A stretch of 32,000 nt of DNA from Aquitalea aquatica (GCF_013911085.1 NZ_JACERN010000024.1:66744-98743); one strand, 5' to 3'; counted from the stretch's first letter, positions 18,089-27,540 are shown. A program made the numbers and translations. Notes: generated by a model from the sequence alone, not told the origin.

Positions 18089-18098
18089 GTCTATACGT
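18089..18098. promoter_or_regulatory. Second copy of the candidate PhnF operator, upstream of the phnS2-like transporter operon
   Basis: GTCTATACGT is the reverse complement of ACGTATAGAC at 12641-12650. It lies 23-32 nt upstream of ATG 18121. Its orientation relative to the downstream gene is the same as for phnG. Confidence 0.45.
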
Positions 18099-18120
18099 CT
18101 AAATCAATGGAGTAATGTCG

Positions 18121-19143
18121 ATGAAAAAGCAGATGGCTGCATGCATTGGCCTGGTGTGTACCGGCCTGATGGCACCGCTGGCACAGGCAGCAACTACCCT
18201 GACGGTTTATTCCGCACTGGAGGCTGATCAGGTCAAGGATTACAAGGCTGCCTTTGAAAAGGCCAACCCGGATATCGAGCTGCGTTTTGTGCGTGAATCC
18301 ACCGGGGTGATTACCGCCAAGCTGCTGTCGGAAAAGAACAATCCGCAGGCTGATGTAGTGTGGGGCCTGGCCGCCACCAGTCTGATGATTCTGGATCAAC
18401 AAGGCATGCTGCAAAGCTATGCGCCCAAGGGTGTGGAAAATCTCAATCGCGAATTCGTCGACAAGGCGCATCCGCCCAAGTGGACGGGCATGGACGTGTG
18501 GGCGGCCACCATCTGTTTCAATACCGTGGAAGCCGTCAAGAAAGGCCTGCCCAAGCCGGAAAGCTGGGCCGACCTGACCAAGCCGGTGTACAAGGGCCAG
18601 ATTGTGATGCCGCATCCGGCCTCGTCCGGCACCGGCTATCTGGATGTGTCCGCCTGGTTGCAGATGATGGGTGAGAAAAATGGCTGGGACTACATGGACA
18701 AGCTGCACGTCAACATGGCCCAGTATGTGCACTCTGGCAGCAAGCCCTGCAAGATGGCTGCGGCGGGCGAATACCCCATCGGTATTTCCTTTGAATACCG
18801 CGGTGCCGAGCTGAAGGAAAAGGGCGCGCCGATTGATCTGGTCTATCCCAAGGAAGGTCTGGGCTGGGATCTGGAGGCCACGGCCATCCTCAAGGGCAGC
18901 AAGAACCTGGCTGCCGCCAAAATGCTGGCGGATTTCTCGGTCAGCCTGCCGGCCATGCAGCTGTATGAAAAGAACTACGCCGTGGTGGCCATGCCGGGCG
19001 TGGCCAAGCAGAACCCTTACATCCCCACCGACTATGCCAAGCGCCTGAGCAAGAACAACTTTGCCTGGGCCGCCAAAAATCGCGAAGCCATCCTGCAGGA
19101 ATGGTCGCGTCGTTATGAAAGCAAGGCTGCACCGAAAAACTGA
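18121..19143 (+). CDS. ABC transporter periplasmic substrate-binding protein, Fe3+/2-aminoethylphosphonate type (PhnS2-like)
   Basis: Signal peptide ...LMAPLAQA. TLTVYSALEADQ...NNPQADVVWG is typical of the FbpA/PhnS cluster. GGAG at 18109-18112 favours ATG 18121 over 18115. The substrate is inferred from phn context only. Confidence 0.75.
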   Translation: MKKQMAACIGLVCTGLMAPLAQAATTLTVYSALEADQVKDYKAAFEKANPDIELRFVRESTGVITAKLLSEKNNPQADVVWGLAATSLMILDQQGMLQSYAPKGVENLNREFVDKAHPPKWTGMDVWAATICFNTVEAVKKGLPKPESWADLTKPVYKGQIVMPHPASSGTGYLDVSAWLQMMGEKNGWDYMDKLHVNMAQYVHSGSKPCKMAAAGEYPIGISFEYRGAELKEKGAPIDLVYPKEGLGWDLEATAILKGSKNLAAAKMLADFSVSLPAMQLYEKNYAVVAMPGVAKQNPYIPTDYAKRLSKNNFAWAAKNREAILQEWSRRYESKAAPKN

Positions 19144-19178
19144 AGCAGCGTGCTAAACGGCTAATTGTCCATTACCCG

Positions 19179-19217
19179 CGACACCAGCAGTCCGCCGACT
19201 GTTGGTGTCGTTTGTTT
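19179..19217 (+). terminator. Intra-operon hairpin plus T-tract after the binding-protein gene (attenuator/terminator)
   Basis: cgacaccagcag (19179-19190) pairs with ctgttggtgtcg (19199-19210) with one G:U, followed by tttgttt. Confidence 0.6.
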
Positions 19218-19392
19218 GGGCGTGCCGCCAGTAGCGCGGTGCAGTCCGGCGCACAGTCCCACGAGGCTTGGCCGGGCCGGCTTAACGCAGCTTGGGCCAA
19301 GCTTCTCAATCATTTGGCCAGCAGTTTGTCATGTGTCGATTTATACCGCGCACGCCGGTCGCTGTTACCGGCTGCGGCAGGAGGAATGTGTC

Positions 19393-20487
19393 ATGAAACC
19401 GGCCGAAAACGGCTTGAGCGATCACCTGACCATGCACGGGCTTTCCCGGCGCTTTGGCAGTTTTACCGCGCTGGATGCGGTATCGCTATCCATACGCAAG
19501 GGTGAATTTGTCTGCCTGCTGGGGCCTTCTGGCTGCGGCAAGACCACTTTGTTGCGGCTGATTGCCGGCCTTGATCTGCCGGATGCCGGCAGTATTGCGC
19601 TGCAAGCGCGCGATATTACCCGTGCCGCACCGGCGCAACGTGATTACGGCATTGTGTTCCAGAGCTATGCGCTGTTTCCCAACCTGAGCGTGGCGGACAA
19701 TATCGCCTACGGGCTCAAGCCACGGCATGAGCGGCAACGCCACCGCCTGCGGGTGCGCGAGCTGCTGGACATGGTCGGCCTGCCTGGAGCCGAGGACAAA
19801 TACCCGGCGCAACTGTCCGGTGGCCAGCAGCAGCGCGTGGCCCTGGCGCGTGCGCTGGCTACCTCGCCCGGCATGCTGTTGCTGGATGAACCGCTGTCGG
19901 CGCTGGATGCACGGGTGCGCGACAAGCTGCGTGAAGAGCTGAAGGGTTTGCAGCAGCGCTTGGGCGTGACCACGCTGATGGTGACGCATGATCAGGAAGA
20001 GGCGCTGGCCATTGCCGACCGGGTGGTGGTGATGAATGCCGGCCGGATCGAGCAGATCGGCACGCCGGCGGAAATCTACCGCCAGCCCTGCAGCCGCTTT
20101 GTGGCGGAATTCGTCGGCGAAGCCAACTGGCTGCCGGCCACGGCCTGTGGCGCGCAACAGGTCCGTGTGGGCAACCATGCACTGCGGCTGGAAGCTGTGC
20201 TGCCGCCAGACCCGGCCTTGCAGCTGTTCTTGCGGCCGGAGGACGTCATCATCAAGCCGCGCTGGGAGAATGCCCCGAATACTGTGCTGGCCCGCGTCGA
20301 CAATATCAGCTTTGGCGGTGCGCTGACCCGCATCCGCCTGCTGCCGGAGGGCATGCCCGGGCAGGTGCTGTATGCCGAAGTGTGCCCCGGCATGCTGGAT
20401 CGCCAGCCACTGGTGCCGGGTGAGATCGTGCCGGTGGAGCTGCCAGCGGCCCGCCTGCTGGCCTTTGCCGGAGACCTGCCATGCTGA
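19393..20487 (+). CDS. ABC transporter ATP-binding protein (PotA/FbpC/PhnT-like, with C-terminal TOBE-like domain)
   Basis: GPSGCGKTTLL, LSGGQQQRVALARAL, LLLDEPLSALD. AGGAGG RBS 9 nt before ATG 19393. The 76-codon upstream extension in the ORF track is not protein-like. Confidence 0.88.
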   Translation: MKPAENGLSDHLTMHGLSRRFGSFTALDAVSLSIRKGEFVCLLGPSGCGKTTLLRLIAGLDLPDAGSIALQARDITRAAPAQRDYGIVFQSYALFPNLSVADNIAYGLKPRHERQRHRLRVRELLDMVGLPGAEDKYPAQLSGGQQQRVALARALATSPGMLLLDEPLSALDARVRDKLREELKGLQQRLGVTTLMVTHDQEEALAIADRVVVMNAGRIEQIGTPAEIYRQPCSRFVAEFVGEANWLPATACGAQQVRVGNHALRLEAVLPPDPALQLFLRPEDVIIKPRWENAPNTVLARVDNISFGGALTRIRLLPEGMPGQVLYAEVCPGMLDRQPLVPGEIVPVELPAARLLAFAGDLPC

Positions 20488-22187
20488 GCGCGGTATTACG
20501 CTGGTTGCCGCGTGGCGGGCAGGCCGGCATCGCAGGTGAGGCGCGCATTGCCAGCCTGCTGCTGTGGGCGCTGGTGGCGGTGTTGCTGTTGGGTTTGGGC
20601 CTGCCCTTGTTGTTCATCTTCGCCAAGTCCGTACAGGATGGCGACGGCGGCTTTGTCTGCCTCGCCAATTTTGCCCAGGTATTGCAATCGCCCGGCCTGC
20701 TGCGCGCCAGCAGCAACAGTCTGCAACTGGGGCTGACCGTCACCGCACTGGTGCTGCCACTGGCCTTTGCCTTTGCCTGGGCCCTGCTGCGCAGCCGGCT
20801 ATGGGGCAGGGGGCTGTGGCGGCAGGTCGGCCTGTCGCCCTTGCTGGCCCCTTCGCTGATGCCGGCCATTTCGCTGGTTTACCTGTTCGGCAACCAGGGC
20901 CTGCTCAAGGACTGGCTGCATGGTGGCAATATCTACGGCTTTTGGGGCGTGGTGCTGGGTGAGTTGTTTTACACCTTTCCGCATGCCTTGCTGATCATCA
21001 TGACGGCACTGTCCGCTGCCGATGCCCGGCTATACGAAGCTGGCCGGGTGCTGGGGGCCGGACCTCTGCGCCAGTTCCTGACCATTACCCTGCCCGGTGT
21101 GCGTTACGGGCTGGTCTCGGCGGGGCTGGTGGTGTTCACCCTGGTGCTGACCGATTTTGGCGTGCCCAAGGTGGTGGGCGGCGATTTCAATGTGCTGGCG
21201 GTGGAAGCCTTCAAGCAGGTGATTGGCCAGCAGAACTTTCCGCGTGGGGCGGTGGTGGGCTTGCTGCTGTTGCTGCCAGCCATTCTGTCCTGTCTGGTGG
21301 AACGGCACATGGCCAGGCGGCAGCAGGCGGCGCTGACTGCACGGGCGCAGCCGTTTGCCCCAGCGCCAGCATGGCTGCGCGATGCTGGCGCCCTGCTGCT
21401 GTTGCTGGCCATCGGCCTCTTGCTGCTGGCGCTGCTGGGGGTGGGGGTGGCGGCATCCTTCATCAAGTACTGGCCGTACAATCTGGACTTTACCCTGGCC
21501 CATTATCAGTTCGACACGGTGGATGGCGGCGGCTGGTCGGCCTATGTCAACAGCCTGCAGCTGGCCACGGCCACGGCAGTGCTGGGCAGCCTGCTGGTGT
21601 TTGTCGGGGCTTATGTCTGCGAAAAACTGCCGGGCATGGCGCTGGGGCGCAGCCTGTTGCGCTTTCTGGCCATGTTGCCGATGGCGGTGCCGGGGCTGGT
21701 GCTGGGCTTGGGCTATGTGTTCTTTTTCAATCACCCGGCCAATCCACTGCATGGCTGGTATGGCAGCCTGGGCCTGATGGTGTTGTGCTGCATTGCCCAT
21801 TTCTATACCACGGCGCATCTGACCGCCGCCACGGCACTCAAGCAGCTGGATGGTGAGTTCGAAGCGGTGGCCGCTTCACTCAAAGTACCGTTCTGGGTGA
21901 CCTGGTGGCGGGTGAGCCTGCCGGTCTGCCTGCCGGCGCTGGTGGATGTGGCGCGCTTTCTGTTTGTGTCGGCCATGACCACGTTGTCTGCGCTGATCTT
22001 CATCATGACGCCGGAACACAGCCTGGCGGCGGTGTCCATCATCACCATGGACGATGCCGGCGATACTGCTGCGGCAGCGGCCATGGCCACGCTGGTGGTC
22101 TTGAGCTCGGCCGGGCTGTCCCTGCTGCTCAGCCTGCTGGAGCGGCTGCTGGGCCGACGCAATCAGCGCTGGCGCAAGCCCGGCTGA
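20481..22187 (+). CDS. Fused two-domain ABC transporter permease (FbpB/PhnU2-like)
   Basis: 568 aa with about 12 TM segments and two BPD-transporter halves. The start overlaps the ATPase stop (ATGCTGA). Confidence 0.85.
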   Translation: MLSAVLRWLPRGGQAGIAGEARIASLLLWALVAVLLLGLGLPLLFIFAKSVQDGDGGFVCLANFAQVLQSPGLLRASSNSLQLGLTVTALVLPLAFAFAWALLRSRLWGRGLWRQVGLSPLLAPSLMPAISLVYLFGNQGLLKDWLHGGNIYGFWGVVLGELFYTFPHALLIIMTALSAADARLYEAGRVLGAGPLRQFLTITLPGVRYGLVSAGLVVFTLVLTDFGVPKVVGGDFNVLAVEAFKQVIGQQNFPRGAVVGLLLLLPAILSCLVERHMARRQQAALTARAQPFAPAPAWLRDAGALLLLLAIGLLLLALLGVGVAASFIKYWPYNLDFTLAHYQFDTVDGGGWSAYVNSLQLATATAVLGSLLVFVGAYVCEKLPGMALGRSLLRFLAMLPMAVPGLVLGLGYVFFFNHPANPLHGWYGSLGLMVLCCIAHFYTTAHLTAATALKQLDGEFEAVAASLKVPFWVTWWRVSLPVCLPALVDVARFLFVSAMTTLSALIFIMTPEHSLAAVSIITMDDAGDTAAAAAMATLVVLSSAGLSLLLSLLERLLGRRNQRWRKPG

Positions 22188-22217
22188 AACCGGGCCTGGC
22201 TGTAGCGTGAGGGCTGC

Positions 22218-24266
22218 TCAGGAGCCAGCCGGCTTGTCCCCGGCCGCCTCGTCTATCGGCGGGCGCGGCGCAGCGGGGGGAATGAAGAACTGCAGGGGGT
22301 GACGGATGAAGTGCTTGAGCAACAAGGGCAGTAGCGGCAATACCTGACGGCCGCTCAGCTTGCGCGAACGTAGTGCCACCCACAGTGCCATGCTGAAGCT
22401 GACCGCCAGATTGGTGAAGCCGATCAAGGCCACGCCGCCGCAGTACAGGGCAATCATCCCCAATGGCAGCTGGAAATCCAGTGCCACCAGGCCGAATGCC
22501 AGATTGGCAGCAGAGAAGGTGATGTGGCGGATGTCCAGCGGCAGGCCGAGAATGATGCCGATGGTGCCGGTCAGCCCAAGGAACAGGCCGAAATAGAAGT
22601 TGCCGGCCAGTGCCCCCAGATTGTGCTCGACGTAATGCCCCAGCTGCCAGGCGCGATGCTTGCCCAGCAGCTTGTTCAGCAGCGGGTGGGCAGCCAGTCG
22701 TTCCGGGATGCGGCGATAGATGGCCTTGTTATCGTAATAACCGGCAATCAGTCCGGACAGGAAGAGATACACCCCGGCAATGCCAGCATGCAGCAGCGCC
22801 AGGCTGCCCAGCGGGTCCAGATCATGCAGCAGGTGCTGGGCCTTGGCCGTGCCGACCACCGGCTGGCCGAACAGTGCCTGCCAGCCGAGGGCGATGATGG
22901 CGGCGGTGGGAATGGCCAGCAGTACATTGCCCAGGATGGCGATGAACTGCGTGCGCATCACCTTGACCACCAGTTCGGCCAGCTCATCCAGCGGCACTCG
23001 CGAACCGCTTTTTTCCTGCTGGTGAAGGGCGGCGGCAATGCGGGCGGCGGTCATCGCCGGCTGTTTGGTGGCAATGGTGAAGTGCAGCAATTGCACGATG
23101 ATGAAGCCGATGGCGTAGTTGAGACCATACGACAGCCCCTCCCACAGCAGTGGCAGGTGGGCCTGGGCCAGTAGCAGCTTGATCAGCGCCATCACCCCCA
23201 CGATCAGCCCGGCGCCCATGGCGGCCTTGGCCATGCCCGCCCATTCCCGGCGCGATTCGGCAATATAGTGTTCGCCGTGGCGGCCGGCATGTTCGGTCAC
23301 CTGCAGTGCCAGCAGTTCGGTATTGGACTTGAGCACATCGCTGACGCTGTATTTGCGGTTTTCCGCGCGGGCGAAGTCTTGTATCAGGTGAAACAATGCC
23401 GGGTTGTGTCCCGGGTCGTGGCCCGGCTCCAGTAGCGCCAGCAGGGCGCGCAGGCGGTTCAGGCTTTGCAGCAGGCGCAGGGCCTGATAGGTGAGGTTGA
23501 CCGAGATGCCGTTGCGCGAAGCATTCTTGCGGATTTTGCCCAGTATTTCCTCGCACTGATCCAATAGCACCAGTACGTGCTTATCGTCTTCTGCCTGTGC
23601 CGTGCCATCAGCCAGTGCCCGGCGATAGCTGTCGGCATAGCTGAGCACGGCGGCATTCAGGTGCAGGAAGGGCGACTCGAAGCGCTCGATTTCCGGATAG
23701 ACCCGTACCAGTTCCGGCTCCAGGCCAATGGCCGTGACCCGTGCCGACAGGATCTGCACGGCCTCTACCATTTGCAGCCGGGTTTGTACCCAGCCGGCAC
23801 GATCTTCTTCCTCCGGCCAGGCCATGGCCTGCCATAGCTGCTGCCAGGTTTCATCCGGTATGCCAGCCAGCCAGATGTGATCCTGCTTCCAGCGGAAGAG
23901 GCGGCCAAAGCGGTCCTGCAAGGAGTCTTCGCGGATGGGCATGGGCAGCAGCCGTTCACCTACCCGCTTGGATAGCGTGGAGAAGAAACCGGTATTGGCC
24001 AGAATGCCCGATTCGGTATACAGCGGTATCTGCCGGGTTTGCGTCAGCAGCTCCAGCAGGGCAGAGCGCAGTGCCTGGCGATAGGTGGGGTTATGTTCCA
24101 GCAGCCAGGCCAGCGCGCGCAGGTTCATCACCGCCTGTTCATGATTGGTGGCGCTGGATGGGCGCAGGCTGCGTATCAGCTCGGCCAGTGCGGCTCCGCT
24201 GCTACATTCGCCTGCGCTCAGGCTTTGAAAGATGGAATCGAGAGTCTGATTGGGCAAATTGGTCAT
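22218..24266 (-). CDS. Large polytopic inner-membrane protein of the family commonly auto-annotated as 'site-specific recombinase' (function unknown)
   Basis: 682 aa. About 340 aa form a helical soluble N-terminal region, followed by about 7 predicted TM helices (e.g. GAGLIVGVMALIKLLLA, FIAILGNVLLAIPTAAIIALGW, LGMIALYCGGVALIGFTNLAVSF). The family name is from memory and is not verified. Confidence 0.6.
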   Translation of the reverse strand: MTNLPNQTLDSIFQSLSAGECSSGAALAELIRSLRPSSATNHEQAVMNLRALAWLLEHNPTYRQALRSALLELLTQTRQIPLYTESGILANTGFFSTLSKRVGERLLPMPIREDSLQDRFGRLFRWKQDHIWLAGIPDETWQQLWQAMAWPEEEDRAGWVQTRLQMVEAVQILSARVTAIGLEPELVRVYPEIERFESPFLHLNAAVLSYADSYRRALADGTAQAEDDKHVLVLLDQCEEILGKIRKNASRNGISVNLTYQALRLLQSLNRLRALLALLEPGHDPGHNPALFHLIQDFARAENRKYSVSDVLKSNTELLALQVTEHAGRHGEHYIAESRREWAGMAKAAMGAGLIVGVMALIKLLLAQAHLPLLWEGLSYGLNYAIGFIIVQLLHFTIATKQPAMTAARIAAALHQQEKSGSRVPLDELAELVVKVMRTQFIAILGNVLLAIPTAAIIALGWQALFGQPVVGTAKAQHLLHDLDPLGSLALLHAGIAGVYLFLSGLIAGYYDNKAIYRRIPERLAAHPLLNKLLGKHRAWQLGHYVEHNLGALAGNFYFGLFLGLTGTIGIILGLPLDIRHITFSAANLAFGLVALDFQLPLGMIALYCGGVALIGFTNLAVSFSMALWVALRSRKLSGRQVLPLLPLLLKHFIRHPLQFFIPPAAPRPPIDEAAGDKPAGS

Positions 24267-24475
24267 TCGGTCAGATAGTGTCAGGCCAGTGTATGCCGGC
24301 TGCGGGCAGCCAGCTTGTCATGCAGTATGGGTAATTTGTAAGAAGAACAACAGTATCGCAAGCTGTTTTTGGTCGCCGCCTGCGTAATCAGTCAAATCAG
24401 ACAATGCTGATTTACTGCTGGTTCAGCGGGTCCGGGAAAAATCGTACAGCGAAACTACACTTTTCCATGTGACGA

Positions 24476-25369
24476 TTATTCCGAATCGGCATGCTGAATG
24501 ATCGCCTGTACTGCCTTATGCTGCAATTTGCGGCGGTTGGCGATGGCGTAATACTGCTCTTCCACGCCCTCCACCAAGCCGAGCAGGCAGAGCTTGCCGT
24601 TGCCGGTAATATCGCTGGCGGCAAAGGCCGGCGCCGGAAACAGGCCGGCACCCTGTTCGCCAAAGGTATGCAGCAATGCGCCATCCTTGAACTCCCCCAC
24701 GATGTCCGGACGGATGCCGCGCTCTTCCAGCCAATGTTCCAGCTGGCCGCGCAGCACATTGTCGCGGCTGGGTAGCAATAGCGGTGCGCGCTGCAGGCTG
24801 TGTGGAAATCCCGGCTGGTAGCGCTCGGCCAGTGCTGGCGTGGCGAAAATCATCACCGGACAGCGGGCCAGCAAATAGGATTGCAGCGTCTGCTGCGCCG
24901 CTGCTGGTGCCGGGCGGTCGGCCAGCACCAGATCCAGGCTGTGGCTGCTCAGCTCGTGCAGCAGTTGGTCGAATGTCCCCTCGTTGCAGTGCAGCCTGAC
25001 ACGCTGCGGCAAGGCCAGGGCGGGTTGCAGCAGACGGTAGGCAATGCTCTTGGGCAGCACATCGCTGATGCCGCTGCTCAGCCGCAAAGTGTGATCCAGC
25101 TGCTCGTCGGCCAGCATTTCCTGCAATTCTTCGCCCAGCTGGAAAATACGGTCGGCATAGCCCAGTGCCATGCGGCCAGCCTCGGTCAATACCAGACCAC
25201 GCCCTTGCTGGGTAAACAAGGCGCGGCCGATGTGTTGCTCCAGCCGCGAGATCTGGCCGCTGACAGTCTGCGCCGTCATGCCCAGCTGGCGTGCCGCTGC
25301 CGTGACACTGCCGGCACGGGCTACCGCCCAGAAATAGTGCAGATGTTTGTAATTAAGATCGCTGAGCAT
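24476..25369 (-). CDS. LysR-family transcriptional regulator, NhaR-like
   Basis: MLSDLNYKHLHYFWAVARAGSVTAAARQLGMTAQTVSGQISRLE... closely parallels the E. coli NhaR N-terminus (INYNHLYYFWHV..GSV..AA). The C-terminus LGEFKDGALLHTFG...EEQYYAI is also NhaR-like. Start at ATG 25369. Confidence 0.88.
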   Translation of the reverse strand: MLSDLNYKHLHYFWAVARAGSVTAAARQLGMTAQTVSGQISRLEQHIGRALFTQQGRGLVLTEAGRMALGYADRIFQLGEELQEMLADEQLDHTLRLSSGISDVLPKSIAYRLLQPALALPQRVRLHCNEGTFDQLLHELSSHSLDLVLADRPAPAAAQQTLQSYLLARCPVMIFATPALAERYQPGFPHSLQRAPLLLPSRDNVLRGQLEHWLEERGIRPDIVGEFKDGALLHTFGEQGAGLFPAPAFAASDITGNGKLCLLGLVEGVEEQYYAIANRRKLQHKAVQAIIQHADSE

Positions 25370-25510
25370 GATTATTCGAAAAAATCTGATGAATATTGTT
25401 AGTTTATTTGATTTTTTCGTGGACTGGAAACATCTATCATGCAGCATCTGATTTATACGGGCCGGTGCTCAGCGCCGGTCTGCCATTAACCACCACTGAG
25501 AGGATTGATC

Positions 25511-26392
25511 ATGAAACGCGTGATCTTGCTGATCGCCACCAATATCGCGGTGATGCTGGTGCTGAGCATCGCCGCCCAGTTGCTGGGCATCAACCGTTTT
25601 ATCACCGCTGGCGGCCTGAACATGGGCAGCCTGCTGGCCTTTGCCGGCCTGATGGGTTTTGGTGGTGCCTTCATTTCGCTGTGGATGTCCAAGACCATGG
25701 CCAAGTGGAGTACCGGCGCCCGTGTCATCGAGCAGCCGAGCAATGAAACCGAGCGCTGGTTGCTGTTTACCGTGCGCAAGCTGGCCGACCGCGCTGGACT
25801 GCCAATGCCGGAAGTGGCGGTATACGAAGGCGAGCCGAATGCTTTTGCCACCGGTGCCAGCAAGTCGAATTCACTGGTAGCTGTGTCTACCGGTTTGCTG
25901 GCCTCCATGACCGAGCAGGAAGTCGAGGCCGTGCTGGCCCATGAAATCGCCCACATCCAGAATGGCGACATGGTGACGCTGACCCTGATCCAGGGCGTGG
26001 TGAATACCTTTGTGTTCTTCCTGGCGCGCGTGGTGGGCTATCTGGTGGACAACTTCTTGCGCCGCAACGACGAGGAGTCTTCCAGCGGCACCGGCATTGG
26101 CTACTTCATTACCGTCATCGTCTGCGAAATCGTGTTCGGCATTCTGGCGTCGTTTATCGTGATGTACTTCTCGCGTCAGCGTGAATACCGTGCCGATGCC
26201 GGTGCAGCCAAGCTGCTGGGCAGCCCGCAGCCGATGATTGCCGCACTGCATCGCCTGGGTGGCGTGCATGCCGGCGAGCTGCCGCAGAACATGGCGGCCT
26301 CGGGTATTTCCGGTGGTGCCGGCCTGATGGGGCTGATGTCCAGCCACCCTTCGCTGGAGTCGCGCATCGCCGCGCTGCAAGCTGTGCGCTGA
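25511..26392 (+). CDS. htpX: Zinc metalloprotease HtpX
   Basis: [19 protein letters not shown]... with the HEIAH zinc motif ([14 protein letters not shown]). Four TM segments. [13 protein letters not shown] at the C-terminus. GAGAGGA RBS before ATG 25511. Confidence 0.95.
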   Translation: MKRVILLIATNIAVMLVLSIAAQLLGINRFITAGGLNMGSLLAFAGLMGFGGAFISLWMSKTMAKWSTGARVIEQPSNETERWLLFTVRKLADRAGLPMPEVAVYEGEPNAFATGASKSNSLVAVSTGLLASMTEQEVEAVLAHEIAHIQNGDMVTLTLIQGVVNTFVFFLARVVGYLVDNFLRRNDEESSSGTGIGYFITVIVCEIVFGILASFIVMYFSRQREYRADAGAAKLLGSPQPMIAALHRLGGVHAGELPQNMAASGISGGAGLMGLMSSHPSLESRIAALQAVR

Positions 26393-26418
26393 GTCGCCGT
26401 ATTGTCTGACCACATGAC

Positions 26419-26451
26419 GATGAGCAGGCTGGTCCTGCTCATCGGCGTTTT
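26419..26451 (+). terminator. Rho-independent terminator after htpX
   Basis: gatgagcagg (26419-26428) / cctgctcatc (26434-26443) with a 5-nt loop, then ggcgtttt. Confidence 0.7.
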
Positions 26452-26503
26452 GCCCCCTAGCCATGGTCCCAGCCAGGCTGCGTTACCGTGAAAGAACAAG
26501 ATA

Positions 26504-27499
26504 ATGGAATGGTTGAATGTGTTGTTTGCCGGCACACCGCTGTGGATGTGGCTGATGTTCATGGCCATTGTGGCGGCCTTGCTGCTGTTTGATCTTGGTG
26601 TGCTCAACAAGGACGACCACGAGATTGGCGTCAAGGAAAGCCTGAAGCTGTCGGCGTTTTACATCGCCATGGGTCTGGCCTTTGGTGGTTGGGTGTGGTG
26701 GTACCGTGGCGGCGATGCCGGCATGCAGTATCTCACCGGCTATCTGGTGGAAAAATCGCTGTCGATGGACAACATCTTTGTGATGTCGCTGATTTTCAGC
26801 GGCATGGCCGTGCCACGGCTGTACCAGCACCGGGTGCTGTTCTGGGGCATTCTGGGCGTGATCGTGTTGCGGGCCGTGATGATTGGCCTTGGCGCGGTGC
26901 TGGTCGCCGAGTTCAAGTGGGTGCTGGTGCTGTTTGGCCTGTTCCTGCTGCTGACCGGTATCAAGATGCTGTTGGGCAAGGATGAAGGCCATCCCTCGCT
27001 GGATGACAATAAACTGTACCAGTGGCTGCGCCGTCATCTGCGCCTCACGCCCACCCTGCATGGCCATCATTTCCTGGTGCGTGGTGAACAGCACGGCCTG
27101 TCCCGCGGCTGGTGGGCCACGCCCTTGCTGCTGACACTGATCCTGGTGGAAAGCGCCGACCTGGTGTTTGCGGTGGACAGTATTCCGGCGATTTTCGCCA
27201 TCACCCAGGATCCTTTCCTGATCTACACCTCCAACATTTTCGCCATTCTGGGCCTGCGTGCGCTGTACTTTGCGCTGTCGGCCATGGTGCACCGTTTCGA
27301 ATACCTCAAGTATTCGCTCGCCATCGTGCTGGTGTTCATCGGGGTGAAAGTAGGGCTGGTGTATCTCAACGACATTCAGCTGGTGCAGTTCCACATTCCA
27401 ACCGGTGTATCGCTGGTGGTGACGCTGGGCCTGCTGATCAGCGGTGTGCTGTACTCGCTGTACAAGACCCGTGACGAGAAAGGTGACAGCCTGTCCTGA
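26504..27499 (+). CDS. TerC/Alx-family integral membrane protein
   Basis: YLTGYLVEKSLSMDNIFVM and ESADLVFAVDSIPAIFAIT...YTSNIFAILGLRALYF are the duplicated TerC-family motifs. 331 aa. Confidence 0.9.
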   Translation: MEWLNVLFAGTPLWMWLMFMAIVAALLLFDLGVLNKDDHEIGVKESLKLSAFYIAMGLAFGGWVWWYRGGDAGMQYLTGYLVEKSLSMDNIFVMSLIFSGMAVPRLYQHRVLFWGILGVIVLRAVMIGLGAVLVAEFKWVLVLFGLFLLLTGIKMLLGKDEGHPSLDDNKLYQWLRRHLRLTPTLHGHHFLVRGEQHGLSRGWWATPLLLTLILVESADLVFAVDSIPAIFAITQDPFLIYTSNIFAILGLRALYFALSAMVHRFEYLKYSLAIVLVFIGVKVGLVYLNDIQLVQFHIPTGVSLVVTLGLLISGVLYSLYKTRDEKGDSLS

Positions 27500-27540
27500 G
27501 GCTGATCTGCCGGTTTTGCCCTTGTCCTGTTGCTGGTCTG

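Noticed and set aside
19165-19392. 76-codon N-terminal extension of the ABC ATPase ORF (TTG 19165).
   Set aside because: The extension runs through a terminator hairpin and is not protein-like. AGGAGG plus ATG 19393 gives a canonical ABC ATPase N-terminus.
26393-26503. Possible yybP-ykoY (Mn2+) riboswitch upstream of the TerC/Alx-family gene.
   Set aside because: Most of the 111-nt spacer is taken by the htpX terminator, leaving only about 50 nt. I could not find the conserved four-way-junction motifs, and it is too short for that riboswitch.
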